Positions 28,946 to 39,114 are shown, counted from the stretch's first letter. The stretch: 64,000 nt of DNA from Candidatus Eremiobacteria bacterium (GCA_963737065.1 CAVTRC010000001.1:2304001-2368000); one strand, 5' to 3'. Numbers and translations: made by a program. The notes: generated by a model not told the origin, from the sequence alone.

Positions 28946-29737
28946 GTGAGCGATTCTCCGATCCGCCGCCCCGACCCGTTGACGGTCGCGCTTGACGCCG
29001 CGCGCGAAGCGGCAGCCGTGCTGCTCGATCATGCGCATCGTCCGCTGGAAATTGAAGAGAAAGGCCGTCGCGCGGACATCGTCACCGCAGCGGATCGCGC
29101 AAGCGAAGCGGTGATTTTGCGAACGCTTCGCGCGGCGTTTCCAAACGCGAGCGTCCTTGCTGAAGAGAGTGGCCGGTACGAAGGCACATCGGATGAACGA
29201 TGGGTCGTCGATCCGCTCGACGGCACGACGAACTACGCGCACGGCTATCCGCTCTATTGCGTCTCGATCGGGTTCGAACGCGCCGGCGAACTCCTTGCGG
29301 CGGTCGTATACGTGCCGACGACGAACGAGTGTTTTACTGCTGAACGCGGCGCCGGCGCGCGCCTGAACGACGCGCCTATCTCGGTATCCGACATCGACAA
29401 CGTTGCGCACGCGATGGTGTGCACGGGCTTTCATCCATCGGATTACCCGCGCAACGGCAAGTACTTCGAGGAAATGTCTTTCCATGCGCAGGCCGTGCGT
29501 CGCGACGGCTCGGCCGCGCTCGACTTGGCGAATACGGCGTGCGGAAGATTCGACGGCTTTTGGGAGTGGGATCTCAACCCATGGGACGTTGCTGCGGGGA
29601 CGTTGCTCATCACGGAAGCGGGCGGACGGGTCACGCGTATCGACGGAACGCCCGCGGCGCTCGACGCGCGTTCGATTCTTGCAACGAATGCAAGGATTCA
29701 TGCAGAGATGCAGGGCGTTCTTGCGGCCGTACAGTAA
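28946..29737 (+). CDS. suhB: Inositol monophosphatase (SuhB-like)
   Basis: DIVTAAD, AEES, WVVDPLDGTTNYAHG, RRDGSAALD, PWDVAAG. Confidence 0.9.
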   Translation: MSDSPIRRPDPLTVALDAAREAAAVLLDHAHRPLEIEEKGRRADIVTAADRASEAVILRTLRAAFPNASVLAEESGRYEGTSDERWVVDPLDGTTNYAHGYPLYCVSIGFERAGELLAAVVYVPTTNECFTAERGAGARLNDAPISVSDIDNVAHAMVCTGFHPSDYPRNGKYFEEMSFHAQAVRRDGSAALDLANTACGRFDGFWEWDLNPWDVAAGTLLITEAGGRVTRIDGTPAALDARSILATNARIHAEMQGVLAAVQ

Positions 29738-29746
29738 GGCTCGAGC

Positions 29747-30179
29747 ATGAACGCACCCACGCTTGCGCGTATCCTAGGGTCGCTCTTTTTCGTTGCCGGA
29801 ATCGCCGGATTTCTTCCGTGGACCGCAGTTGCGGCGCCGCCGGACGCGCCGGTAATTTCGCTCGACGTGCTCTATCGCTTCATCGGCGGAGTGTTGCCGG
29901 TCAATGCTGCAGTGGACGCGTTGTACCTGATCTTTGGCGTGTGGGGAGCGATCGCGGCGATTCGTTTTGGATCTGCCGTCGCATATTGCCGCATCGTAAC
30001 GTGGTTCTATCTTCCTCTCGTCGTACTCGGTGCATTGCCCGTCTTTGCGTTCTACACGCTCTTCGGTGCGGCGCCGATCTTCGGCTGGGACGTTGCGCTG
30101 CACGCATCGCATTGTTGTCGTTGCCGCGTATGGCGGCTACGGTCGTGCTTCGATACCCCTCGAAGCTACGCCGCAATAG
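29747..30179 (+). pseudogene. DUF4383-like membrane protein with an apparent frameshift near 30107-30110
   Basis: Hydrophobic frame becomes implausible after GWDVALHA; shifted frame reads IVVVAAYGGYGRASIPLEATPQ*. Confidence 0.55.
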
Positions 30180-31521
30180 GTTCGCGTTCACTCCAGCCGC
30201 CGTCGCGAATCTTCAGCGCGGTTAGCGCGGCGCGCGCGCTCCATGCCATGATCCACGCGACCGGCACGCTGAAGAGCGCGAGATGAAGCCGCTCGATTCC
30301 GAGCCATGTCAACGGTAGAACGAACAGTCCGCATACGATTCCGACCGCCATCGAGAATCTCGTGTCGCCCGCCGCGCGGATTGGTGCGATGCCCACCATC
30401 GCCCACCCTTTGATCGGCATCGTAAGCATGTGCACGGCGAGCGGCAGCGCCGCAACGCTCGCGACGGCTGCATTCATCGTAAACAGAAATGACAGCGGCC
30501 AGGCGCAGACAGCGACGACCGCGCCGGTGAGCGTCGTGACGAGCAGCGTCGTGCGCAGCGCACGGTGCAGAAACATCGTCGCGCCTTCGGCGTCGCGGGC
30601 GCCCAGGCGCTGGCCGATGACCGTCTGCGTAGCGCTTTGCAATGGACCGGGAACGACGAACGTAAGGTCGGATACGACGTTGAGCGCGCGAAACGCGGCG
30701 ATGTAGATTGCGCCGAGCGGGGCGAGCATTGCGACGACCGCCATGTCGGGGCCGACGACCGCGAATCCGAAGACGCTTTCCGGAACGCCGAGCCACGCGC
30801 AACGCAACGCCAAGCGCCAGTCGATGGTAAACTGCGAGAACACCCGGTAGATTGGCTTGCGCGCAACGTAGATCACTGCAACGACCGCGGCGATCGTTTC
30901 CGAAATCAGCGTCGACACACCGGCGCCGACGATGCCATACGGGTGGCCCGTCAGCCACCCGAGCGCGAGCACAAGCACGAGCGGGATGTGAATGATGTTG
31001 ATGATCCCGAGCAAATACGCGCCGAGCTTTCGGTTTCCGGCCGCGCCAAGCCCGACGATCAACGTTGACGAGACATTGAACGGTATCAGTGATGCGCAAC
31101 GAACGATCAAATAGCCGGCGCTCGCATGGACCGAAGCGATGTGCGGCAGCATCAGCGTCAGTAGCGGGCGCGCACCGAAGAACGCAACGATCGTCACCGC
31201 AATAGAAGCGATCATCGGCACAGCGAATCCCGAACGTACCGTGCGTCCGAACCCATCGACGTCATGCGCACCGATGCGCTGAGCGGCGATGATACCGACA
31301 CCGCTCCACAAACCGCCGATCGTCATGATGATCGTGAACGTGACCGTAGTCGCAGCGGTGACGCCGGCGAGCGCAATGGTGCCTAGGTAGCCGATGGCGA
31401 TCGTGTCGACAACGCCGAGAACTTGGTCGCCGAGCATCTGTACGGCAAGCGGAACAGAAAGGCGCCGGAATGCGGCGCCTACTTTCGTGTGATCGACGAC
31501 CATGGAAGAAGCGGGCGTCAT
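30166..31521 (-). CDS. MATE-family efflux transporter
   Basis: VDTIAIGYLG, AAQRIGA, VIGQRLGA, RAAGDTR; about 12 hydrophobic segments. Confidence 0.9.
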   Translation of the reverse strand: MTPASSMVVDHTKVGAAFRRLSVPLAVQMLGDQVLGVVDTIAIGYLGTIALAGVTAATTVTFTIIMTIGGLWSGVGIIAAQRIGAHDVDGFGRTVRSGFAVPMIASIAVTIVAFFGARPLLTLMLPHIASVHASAGYLIVRCASLIPFNVSSTLIVGLGAAGNRKLGAYLLGIINIIHIPLVLVLALGWLTGHPYGIVGAGVSTLISETIAAVVAVIYVARKPIYRVFSQFTIDWRLALRCAWLGVPESVFGFAVVGPDMAVVAMLAPLGAIYIAAFRALNVVSDLTFVVPGPLQSATQTVIGQRLGARDAEGATMFLHRALRTTLLVTTLTGAVVAVCAWPLSFLFTMNAAVASVAALPLAVHMLTMPIKGWAMVGIAPIRAAGDTRFSMAVGIVCGLFVLPLTWLGIERLHLALFSVPVAWIMAWSARAALTALKIRDGGWSEREPIAA

Positions 31522-32663
31522 CGCAATCGGTCGAGCACCGCAAAAAAGCGGTCGATCTCCTCATCGGTGGTGTAGAAGTGGGGGCTGACGCGAATTCCGC
31601 AGCCCGGGCGATAGTCCACAAAAACCCGGTCCGCAATCAGTTGGTGGCAAACTCGCTCGGAATCTTCAAAATCGATTCCAATCCAGCCGGTTCGTTTCGC
31701 CGGATCGAGCGGTGAATTTACCGTGAGGTGACGCTCGAGTGCCATGTCGGCGAGCTTCGTCGTTAAACGCACGTTGTGTTCGCGAATATGTGCAACGCCG
31801 ATGCTGCGAATGAGGTCGTGGCCCGGCTTCGCTACGAGATACCCGGGAATCGTCGGCGTGCCGGTTCCGAAGCGATACATTGAAGATGCATATCGAATCG
31901 GCGCGTCTTCGAACGCAAACGGTGCGGCATGCGCCATCCAGCCGGTGACGGCTGGACGGAATCGTTCGAGCAGCGGCGGCTTCACATAAATCCAACCGCA
32001 CCCGGGCCCGCCGAGTAACCACTTGTGCGAACCGCCCGTGACGATATCCAAATCCCAGTCCGTCACGTCGTACGGATACGTTCCGGTCGTTTGATATGCA
32101 TCGACGCACAACAGCGCGCCGACCTTGCGGCAATGCGCCTGGATCGCTTGCACCTCGGCAAGCGCGCCGGACACGTAGTATGCGTGCGAAAGGACCGCGA
32201 TTTGCGTGCGCTCGGTTATCGCCTCAACGATCCGTTCCGTCGGGATCGTGCGTCCATCGTTCGAGCCCACGATGCGAACCGTCGCGCCGTACCGTTCCCA
32301 CTCGGTCCAGACATACGTCAGCGACGGGAATTGCAGCGCTTCGTACACGACTTCGTTGCGCTCGCCGCGAAAATCGAGCGACGTTGCGAGCGCCGCTTGC
32401 AACACCGAAACGTTCGGGCCGAGAAACACCGATCCGGGCGCGGCACCGATGATCGACCCGATGCCATCGCCGACGACCGCGATTTCCGGCAACCAGCGCT
32501 CCCATGCCTGGGGACCGTCTGTCGCCCACTCGTTCCAGTACGATTCGAGCGCGGCTTTCGCGCGCAGCGGCGCCGCGCCCATTGAATGATTCACCAGATA
32601 GGTGGCTGTTTCGAGGATCGGAAATTGATCGCGATGCAGCGCTTGCGTGGCCGTCGTCGTCAT
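31518..32663 (-). CDS. kynU: Kynureninase-like class V PLP enzyme
   Basis: YLVNHSMG, FPS, VDAYQ, GGSHKWLLGGPG, GWMAH, RVSPHFY; coupled to kynA. Confidence 0.72.
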   Translation of the reverse strand: MTTTATQALHRDQFPILETATYLVNHSMGAAPLRAKAALESYWNEWATDGPQAWERWLPEIAVVGDGIGSIIGAAPGSVFLGPNVSVLQAALATSLDFRGERNEVVYEALQFPSLTYVWTEWERYGATVRIVGSNDGRTIPTERIVEAITERTQIAVLSHAYYVSGALAEVQAIQAHCRKVGALLCVDAYQTTGTYPYDVTDWDLDIVTGGSHKWLLGGPGCGWIYVKPPLLERFRPAVTGWMAHAAPFAFEDAPIRYASSMYRFGTGTPTIPGYLVAKPGHDLIRSIGVAHIREHNVRLTTKLADMALERHLTVNSPLDPAKRTGWIGIDFEDSERVCHQLIADRVFVDYRPGCGIRVSPHFYTTDEEIDRFFAVLDRLR

Positions 32664-33442
32664 GACTGCGCGTAATTACCGGTGCCTAAGTGCGTCCGCA
32701 CCTCCCACAGTTCGGGGAAGAACCGGTGTCCGAGCGTGCGCTGTAGATACTCGGCGCCGGACGAACCCCCGGTGCCGATTCTATTTCCGATCATGCGCTC
32801 CACCATGCGGACATGCCGTCCGCGCCAAAGCAAGAAGCGCTCGTCGAACTCGATCAGATCCTCGAGGAGCAGATACAGATCGTAGTACTTGTCGGTGTCG
32901 ACGTAGATGCGGCGGAACGATTCGACCAATTCCTCGCTGGAATCGACCGCGAAACCACGCCGCTTCAGCAGTGCTTTGACGTGATCGTATAAGGACGGTT
33001 CCTGTGCCGCCCGTTCGAGCCGCGTCCGTTGTTCCTTGTCCATCGAAATATACTTCAGCGCCTCCGTGCGCCGCACACCGCATAGGAATTCCACTTCGCG
33101 AAACTGCACGGACTGAAAACCGCTCGCGGGGTTGAGATTGTCGCGAAACTCGTTAAACTCTTGCGGCGTCATGGTTTCCAAGACGTCGACTTGCTGTTCG
33201 AGCAGACGCTGAATCGTGTGAATGCGGCGGAAATACTTCGCGACGCGCAATAATTCATCACGATCGAGCGCGTCGACGACCGCGCGCAGTTCATGCAGCA
33301 CTTGCTTGAACCACAGCTCGTACACTTGATGAATCACGATAAAGAGGATTTCATCGTGATGTTCCGGGCTCGAGAGCGGACGTTGAAGGCCGACGAGTTC
33401 GTCGACCTTCAGATAAGAACTGTACGAGAGGCGGTCGTCCAT
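32660..33442 (-). CDS. kynA: Tryptophan 2,3-dioxygenase
   Basis: HDEILFIVIHQVYELWFKQ, SGFQSVQFREVE, VERMIG..GTGGSSG. Confidence 0.95.
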   Translation of the reverse strand: MDDRLSYSSYLKVDELVGLQRPLSSPEHHDEILFIVIHQVYELWFKQVLHELRAVVDALDRDELLRVAKYFRRIHTIQRLLEQQVDVLETMTPQEFNEFRDNLNPASGFQSVQFREVEFLCGVRRTEALKYISMDKEQRTRLERAAQEPSLYDHVKALLKRRGFAVDSSEELVESFRRIYVDTDKYYDLYLLLEDLIEFDERFLLWRGRHVRMVERMIGNRIGTGGSSGAEYLQRTLGHRFFPELWEVRTHLGTGNYAQS

Positions 33443-33813
33443 TACGGAACCTGTATCGTGAACGTCACCGTTCGAGCCGGTGCAGCGTTCGGTTCAAAGG
33501 GACGCGAGTATTGAAAGGTGATCGTGCTCGTGCCCGCGCGATTGGCGTGATAGATGAAAATCTGCTGCGCGGGTGCGCCGGGCATCGTGGTCGACGGATT
33601 CTGACGAACGTTCCCTTCGTACGCGAGCACGCTGCCGTCACCCGTTTGTTGCGTCCACGAATATCCGGTTGACGGATTGGATTGCAATGCGATGAAGAAT
33701 TCTTCGCCCGTCTGAATCGTGACGGCGCTCGCTGCGTCCGATTCTTGAAGAACCGGCGAATGTGGCGTAAGCGCCAGCAACGCGAGCGCGAGTCCGAGGA
33801 ACAGCTGTTTCAT
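33442..33813 (-). CDS. Chagasin-like (I42) protease inhibitor
   Basis: Signal peptide; SNPSTGYSW, PGAP, YSRPFE motifs. Confidence 0.85.
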   Translation of the reverse strand: MKQLFLGLALALLALTPHSPVLQESDAASAVTIQTGEEFFIALQSNPSTGYSWTQQTGDGSVLAYEGNVRQNPSTTMPGAPAQQIFIYHANRAGTSTITFQYSRPFEPNAAPARTVTFTIQVP

Positions 33814-33923
33814 GCGGTCGTGGTCTCCCGAGCGCGCTCGACTTCGCCATCGTTCGATCCGCGCAGAACGTGTCGAAGGACGAATACGGGGCTTGCTGCG
33901 CTTCTCCTCGAAATCGCGCCCGT

Positions 33924-34583
33924 ATGAAAAACGTGTTGCCGGCGGTGGTGCTGCTTGCCGCCGTGACCGCCTGCTCGCAGTCATCCCAATCACGATCCTC
34001 GTCGGAATCGAGCACGGCACAGTCGCCGTCACCCGCGGCGACGAATCCGACGGGGTTTCCGTTGTACGCCGAGAGCACCGTGCTTGCGTCGAAGGCATGG
34101 AGCGAGAACTCCGGCTCGCAGCATTACAGCGGCCTTGAAGTTGTCGCGGAAACCGCGGCTTCGATGAACCAACTCAACACGTGGTTGACGTCGCTTTCAG
34201 CGAACCCGCCCACCGGCTACAGTGTCGCGGCAAGCGGCAGCGGTGTCACGGAGGCGCACACGCGCGCGCGCGCAATGGGCGTCGATTTTCAGGTCTTCGA
34301 ACACTTCGTCAACGGCAAGCGACATGCGTTGATCGTTGCCGCGATCGATCCGTCGACGTTCGATGAAAAAGCCGGCCCGGTATTGAGCGCGCTGAACCAA
34401 TACAAGAAGTTGCCCCAAGCGTTCCGCGATCCGATCGATGCGCAAGTTCGCTCGCGCACAGGCTTCACGATGAGCGATGCCCTTGCTCCGAACACGCCGA
34501 TCGGCGCAGCGGTCGCAGCCGTTGACGAGCTTCGTTCGTCGGGACAGCGCGGCGTCGTCTTGGTGGATGGGTCACATCAATAG
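33924..34583 (+). CDS. Hypothetical lipoprotein
   Basis: MKNVLPAVVLLAAVTAC lipobox followed by Ser-rich linker. Confidence 0.7.
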   Translation: MKNVLPAVVLLAAVTACSQSSQSRSSSESSTAQSPSPAATNPTGFPLYAESTVLASKAWSENSGSQHYSGLEVVAETAASMNQLNTWLTSLSANPPTGYSVAASGSGVTEAHTRARAMGVDFQVFEHFVNGKRHALIVAAIDPSTFDEKAGPVLSALNQYKKLPQAFRDPIDAQVRSRTGFTMSDALAPNTPIGAAVAAVDELRSSGQRGVVLVDGSHQ

Positions 34584-35292
34584 CGTTCGCATCGGTGCGG
34601 CGCTGTTGACGGTTCTCGCAACGGCGCAAACGCCGCCGCCGAAAAGCTACGTCGGCGTTCAGGCGTTGACGATCATCGGTCAGCATCAGGACGTGGCTGG
34701 AACTCAGCGTGGCGTTGGTGCGGGTCCGCTTCTGCAGCTTCGGGCGGGCGGAAGCCGCCTCGCCGTAAGCCTCGAGGGAATTCCGGTCGTTGGCATTCCC
34801 GGCGTCGCGCCTTCTGCTACGTACGGACAAGCGACGCCGCACGTCGGAATCTTCAACGGCGAATTCGAGTATGCAACGAGCGCGAAGCGGACGCTTTGGA
34901 TCGCGCTCGGTGAAACGGTCTACAACCAACGCACGCCCCTGCCCGCGCAAAGTCAAGTCGTTTCTTCACGCCTTGCCGGCTTTCGTTACGCCACGCGCTA
35001 CATACATCCGACGAGCGAATCGCATTTCATCGAAGCGTTCGTCGGTGCCGCACCCGCGCTCACCGGCTCCGACGTCTACGTCGCAACCGGCGGCGCGGTC
35101 CTCGACACGAAGCCCGAGCGCGCATCGGAGATCGATGCGTCGCTTTCTTTCGGCTACTATCATCGCTCAACGGAGTGGCTCATCGGCGTCCGATCGCTGA
35201 ACTTCGCTGCGAAATTCATCGACACGGGTGAAGCAGCAGATCGCAACGTGGGAATCGGCCCGCTCATCGAGTGGCGACACGTTTTTCCGTAA
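34567..35292 (+). CDS. Hypothetical exported protein, possible small outer-membrane beta-barrel
   Basis: Signal-like N-terminus; alternating hydrophobic strands; aromatic C-terminus EWRHVFP. Confidence 0.55.
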   Translation: MGHINSVRIGAALLTVLATAQTPPPKSYVGVQALTIIGQHQDVAGTQRGVGAGPLLQLRAGGSRLAVSLEGIPVVGIPGVAPSATYGQATPHVGIFNGEFEYATSAKRTLWIALGETVYNQRTPLPAQSQVVSSRLAGFRYATRYIHPTSESHFIEAFVGAAPALTGSDVYVATGGAVLDTKPERASEIDASLSFGYYHRSTEWLIGVRSLNFAAKFIDTGEAADRNVGIGPLIEWRHVFP

Positions 35293-35318
35293 TGCGATCC
35301 CGACCTCGTCGAAGGACG

Positions 35319-35789
35319 CTACGGAAGCACAATCCCTTCGAACGCGAGCAGGCGCCGGCGCATGGAATTCGGGCCCGCACCCTTGATGTGGCCGTCTGCG
35401 CCGACGACGCGGTGGGCGGGAATCAATAGATCGAGCGGCGTTTTTCCCATTGCTGCAGCGACGCCGCGATGCGAGAGCGGTGCACCGATCGCGCGCGCGA
35501 CGTCCGCATACGAAATGAGTTCGCCCGTTTCCAATTGAGCGACGAGACGCCATACGGCAATTTGAAACGGCGTGCCTCCCAGCCGCAACGGCAGATCGAA
35601 GCGACGCAAGCGTTTCTCGAAATATCGGCGCAACTGTTTCGATGCTTCTACGAGGAGCGCGTTGTCGCGCGGCGGTCGCCGTGCCGGCATACGCGCGCGG
35701 AATGTGCACGCCGTTATCTCGCAATCGGTTGCTGTGACAAAGAGCCGCGCGCCCAGTGGCGTCGCAACGACGAGCGCGTCGTTTTCCAC
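35319..35789 (-). CDS. Ogt/MGMT-fold alkyltransferase-like protein (active-site Cys replaced by Ala)
   Basis: GTPFQIAVW, GELISYADVA, IPAHRVV in place of PCHRV. Confidence 0.85.
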   Translation of the reverse strand: MENDALVVATPLGARLFVTATDCEITACTFRARMPARRPPRDNALLVEASKQLRRYFEKRLRRFDLPLRLGGTPFQIAVWRLVAQLETGELISYADVARAIGAPLSHRGVAAAMGKTPLDLLIPAHRVVGADGHIKGAGPNSMRRRLLAFEGIVLP

Positions 35790-35848
35790 GCGGCGGTCTA
35801 CCACGCGTGGGAGGGTTTGTCTTGCGACGGGGTGCAAGCAAGACCGCA

Positions 35849-36706
35849 GTGAAGACGTTGTTCATTACCGGAGCAAGCCGTGGAATCGGTCTTGCGATTG
35901 CCGTGCGCGCGGCGAGCGAGGGCGCCAATGTTGCGATCGTCGCGAAGACGACCGAACCGCACCCCAAACTGCCCGGCACGATTTATACGGCTGCGGAAGC
36001 AATCGAAGCGGCAGGCGGCAACGCGCTTCCAATCGCGTGCGATATCCGTTTTGAAGAACAGGTCGCGGATGCCGTCGCAAAGACGGTCGAACGTTTTGGC
36101 GGTATCGATGCGTGTATCAATAACGCAAGCGCGATTTCGCTGACACCCACAGTTGAAACCGACATGAAGCGCTATGATTTGATGAATGAGGTCAATGCGC
36201 GCGGGACGTTTCTGTGTTCGAAATTGACCGTACCGCATTTGGCGAAGTCGTCGAACGGGCACATTTTGAACCTCGCGCCGCCGCTCGATATGGACGCGCG
36301 GTGGTTCGCCCGGCACACCGCCTATACGGTCTCAAAATTCGGCATGTCGATGTGCACGCTCGGGATGGCCGAAGAGTTCAAGCCGATCAACGTTGCGGTG
36401 AATTCGCTGTGGCCGCTCACCGCAATCGATACCGCTGCGGTGCGCAACGTTCTGGGCGGTGCGGCGATGGCTGAGGCGTCGCGCAAACCGCAGATCGTCG
36501 CAGATGCCGCATGGCTGATTCTCAATCGGCCCGCCGCCTCGTGCACCGGCAATTTTTTCATCGACGAAGATGTCTTGCGCGAGTCCGGCATAACGAATTT
36601 CTCGGTATACGCGAATCACCCAGGCGCGTCGCTCGTTCCCGACTTCTTCGTGTCGGACGAGACAGTAAAACGCTCGTCGACGCCGCTTCTGCCGTTACCG
36701 TGGTAG
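35849..36706 (+). CDS. Short-chain dehydrogenase (HSDL2-like)
   Basis: TGASRGIG, PHPKLPGTIYT, NNASAI, YTVSK. Confidence 0.92.
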   Translation: MKTLFITGASRGIGLAIAVRAASEGANVAIVAKTTEPHPKLPGTIYTAAEAIEAAGGNALPIACDIRFEEQVADAVAKTVERFGGIDACINNASAISLTPTVETDMKRYDLMNEVNARGTFLCSKLTVPHLAKSSNGHILNLAPPLDMDARWFARHTAYTVSKFGMSMCTLGMAEEFKPINVAVNSLWPLTAIDTAAVRNVLGGAAMAEASRKPQIVADAAWLILNRPAASCTGNFFIDEDVLRESGITNFSVYANHPGASLVPDFFVSDETVKRSSTPLLPLPW

Positions 36707-36710
36707 TACG

Positions 36711-37460
36711 ATGAGCGACGTCGTGTACAGCGATGACGGGGCCGTCGCATCGATCCGGTTCAACCGTCCCGAGAAGAAGAACGCAATTACGCTTGCAATG
36801 TATGCTGCGATGGCGTCGGCGCTCGAGGACGCCGATCGCAACGATGACATCCGCGTCGTCGGCCTCTTCGGTGGCGACGTATTCACGGCGGGCAACGATA
36901 TCGGCGATTTCTTAGCGGGAGGCGAATTCGGCTCCGCGGATCACCCGGCGCTGCGGTTTCTGCGCGCGATCCGCGAGTTTCGCAAGCCGATCGTCGCGGG
37001 CGTGAAGGGGGCCGCCATCGGCATCGGCACGACGCTGCTGATGCATTGCGACGCGGTTGTTGCGGGAAAGTCGGCGCGCTTTTCGATGCCGTTTACGAAG
37101 CTCGGCATCGTACCGGAGGGCGGCGCAAGCGCTCTCTTTGCGCTGATCGCCGGACGGATGCGTGCATCGTGGTATTTGCTCTCCGGCGAGCAGTTCGGCG
37201 CGCAGCAAGCATTCGAAATGGGCTTCGTGACGCGCGTCACTGATGATGACGACGTCGACGCGGCGGTGGCGATGATGTGCGGCGAACTTGCAGAACTTCC
37301 GAAGAACTCCGTCATGACCACCAAGCGATTGCTGAAGGCGCGTTTCACCGACATCGTCGTCGCCGCGATGAACGACGAAGCGCACGATTTCGCCGCCGCG
37401 CTGCAGTCCGACGAAGCGCGCGCGTCGTTCATGAAGTTCCTCGATGCCTCGCGAAAGTAG
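36711..37460 (+). CDS. Enoyl-CoA hydratase/isomerase
   Basis: FNRPEKKNAIT, FTAGNDI, AIGIGTT, PFTKLGIVPE. Confidence 0.92.
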   Translation: MSDVVYSDDGAVASIRFNRPEKKNAITLAMYAAMASALEDADRNDDIRVVGLFGGDVFTAGNDIGDFLAGGEFGSADHPALRFLRAIREFRKPIVAGVKGAAIGIGTTLLMHCDAVVAGKSARFSMPFTKLGIVPEGGASALFALIAGRMRASWYLLSGEQFGAQQAFEMGFVTRVTDDDDVDAAVAMMCGELAELPKNSVMTTKRLLKARFTDIVVAAMNDEAHDFAAALQSDEARASFMKFLDASRK

Positions 37461-37890
37461 ACTGTTCGTCAAGACCGGCGTCGCGGCGCTGATTCTCGCC
37501 TTTGCATGGGGCGCAGCGATGGCGCTTAGGGAGGCGCGCGGCGGTAGCGCCGGCGACCTTTGGCCGGTGGAGCACGCGCATCTTGCCTTTGTCGGCTGGC
37601 TCGTCAACTTCGTCATCGGCTTTGCGCTCTGGCTCTTGCCGCTCAATCGCGAACGCTATCCGCAAACGCAAGGGCGGTACTTGGCGTGGATGCCGCTTGC
37701 GATCTATCTGTTGCTCAACGTCGGGCTCGTCGCGCGGATCGTCTCCGAGCCGTTTGCTTATCAAAGCGAAATCGCGCGCATCGTTCTCGGAGTATCGGGC
37801 ATCGCGCAGCTCGCGGCGATTCTTCTCTTTGCGGCGCTTGCATGGTCGCGGACACGGGCTCCTGCGCGGCCTGCGCCGGGTGTGCGCTAA
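37444..37890 (+). CDS. Small 4-TM membrane protein
   Basis: HAHLAFVGW motif; hydrophobic helices. Confidence 0.65.
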   Translation: MPRESRLFVKTGVAALILAFAWGAAMALREARGGSAGDLWPVEHAHLAFVGWLVNFVIGFALWLLPLNRERYPQTQGRYLAWMPLAIYLLLNVGLVARIVSEPFAYQSEIARIVLGVSGIAQLAAILLFAALAWSRTRAPARPAPGVR

Positions 37891-39080
37891 TGTGGGGGTC
37901 GTGGATTCCGCCGGTTCCGCTCACGCTCGGCGCGTTCTTCGGCATTGTTGCGTGGATTCTCGCGATCGCCTACGGAATCGAACCGTCGTTCGCGCGCGGC
38001 CTCGCGTGGATTCATGCAATCGCGCTCGGTTCCATCACCACGATTGCGCTCTCCGTGCTCATTCACGTCATTCCGGCATTCACCGATCTCGAGTGGCGGT
38101 TTCGAGCGGTCGCGCGATGGTGCGCATTCTTTCTGCCGTTCGCCGCGGCGGGGCTCGTCGCCGCGTTCTTCGTGATGAATCTAGGCGGGATTGCGGCGTT
38201 CGGCAGCGTTGCTGCGGTCATCATCGCCGTCTACGTTATCGTCGCAATCATGACGCTCGCGCAACGGGCACCGACGCGGCTGGAAGGAGCGGTCGCGCGA
38301 GCATTCCTCATTGTCATGGGCTTTCTCGGCGTGGCCGTGCTCATCGGCGGCGACGTTGCGCATGGATTGTGGAGTGGTGAGGCGCGAGTTCTACGCTACG
38401 CGCCCGTGCATGCGACGCTCGCAATTGTGGGCTGGTTAACGATGCTCGTGATGGGCGTGTCCGCGCGGACGTTTCGTCCGCTGTTACGCTCGGACTCGCG
38501 ATTGCGGCGGGTTCATATCCCGGCGACTTCCAGTATGTTCTTTTGTGCCGTGCTTGCAGCGATTGGGTTCGCTATCGCAAACGTTGCCGTTACAACTGCC
38601 GGTTTTGCACTCGGACTCGTGGGATCGCTGCTGTACGCGGCCGATGGTTTCGATCGCGTTCGACGCGCGTCCACACCGAATCGTCCCGCGCACGTCTTCA
38701 TCGCCTTCGCGTTTGTCTGGCTGATCGTCGCCGCGGTAGCGGCACTGCTTGCGAATTATCCCGTAGCGATCGTCATCGTCCTCGCCGGATGGCTCGGACA
38801 GATGGTCAACGCGCACTTGCATCATCTCGGCATTCGCGTGATTGCTACGACCTTCGGCGGTGAAGACAATGAAACGCCCCCGTGGCAGATCCTTGACATG
38901 CGAGTTGCATGGACGAGCGTTGTTCTCGATCAGCTGGCCGTGCTCGCGCTGGCGATCGGTGTGCTCGCGTCCTCATCACCGCTGATCGTCTGCGGTGGAA
39001 TTGCCGGCCTTGCCGGTATGCTCGCATTCTTACTCAATGCGCGCATCGCGATGCAAAGAGTAACGCCCGGACTCGTTTGA
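37890..39080 (+). CDS. Polytopic membrane protein with intramembrane His residues
   Basis: About 12 TM; WIHAIALG, VHATLAIVGW, GWLGQM..HLHH; TAATG overlap. Confidence 0.65.
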   Translation: MWGSWIPPVPLTLGAFFGIVAWILAIAYGIEPSFARGLAWIHAIALGSITTIALSVLIHVIPAFTDLEWRFRAVARWCAFFLPFAAAGLVAAFFVMNLGGIAAFGSVAAVIIAVYVIVAIMTLAQRAPTRLEGAVARAFLIVMGFLGVAVLIGGDVAHGLWSGEARVLRYAPVHATLAIVGWLTMLVMGVSARTFRPLLRSDSRLRRVHIPATSSMFFCAVLAAIGFAIANVAVTTAGFALGLVGSLLYAADGFDRVRRASTPNRPAHVFIAFAFVWLIVAAVAALLANYPVAIVIVLAGWLGQMVNAHLHHLGIRVIATTFGGEDNETPPWQILDMRVAWTSVVLDQLAVLALAIGVLASSSPLIVCGGIAGLAGMLAFLLNARIAMQRVTPGLV

Positions 39081-39114
39081 GCCGGGCGTTACGCGGTGTA
39101 ACCCGTTGCGTGCC

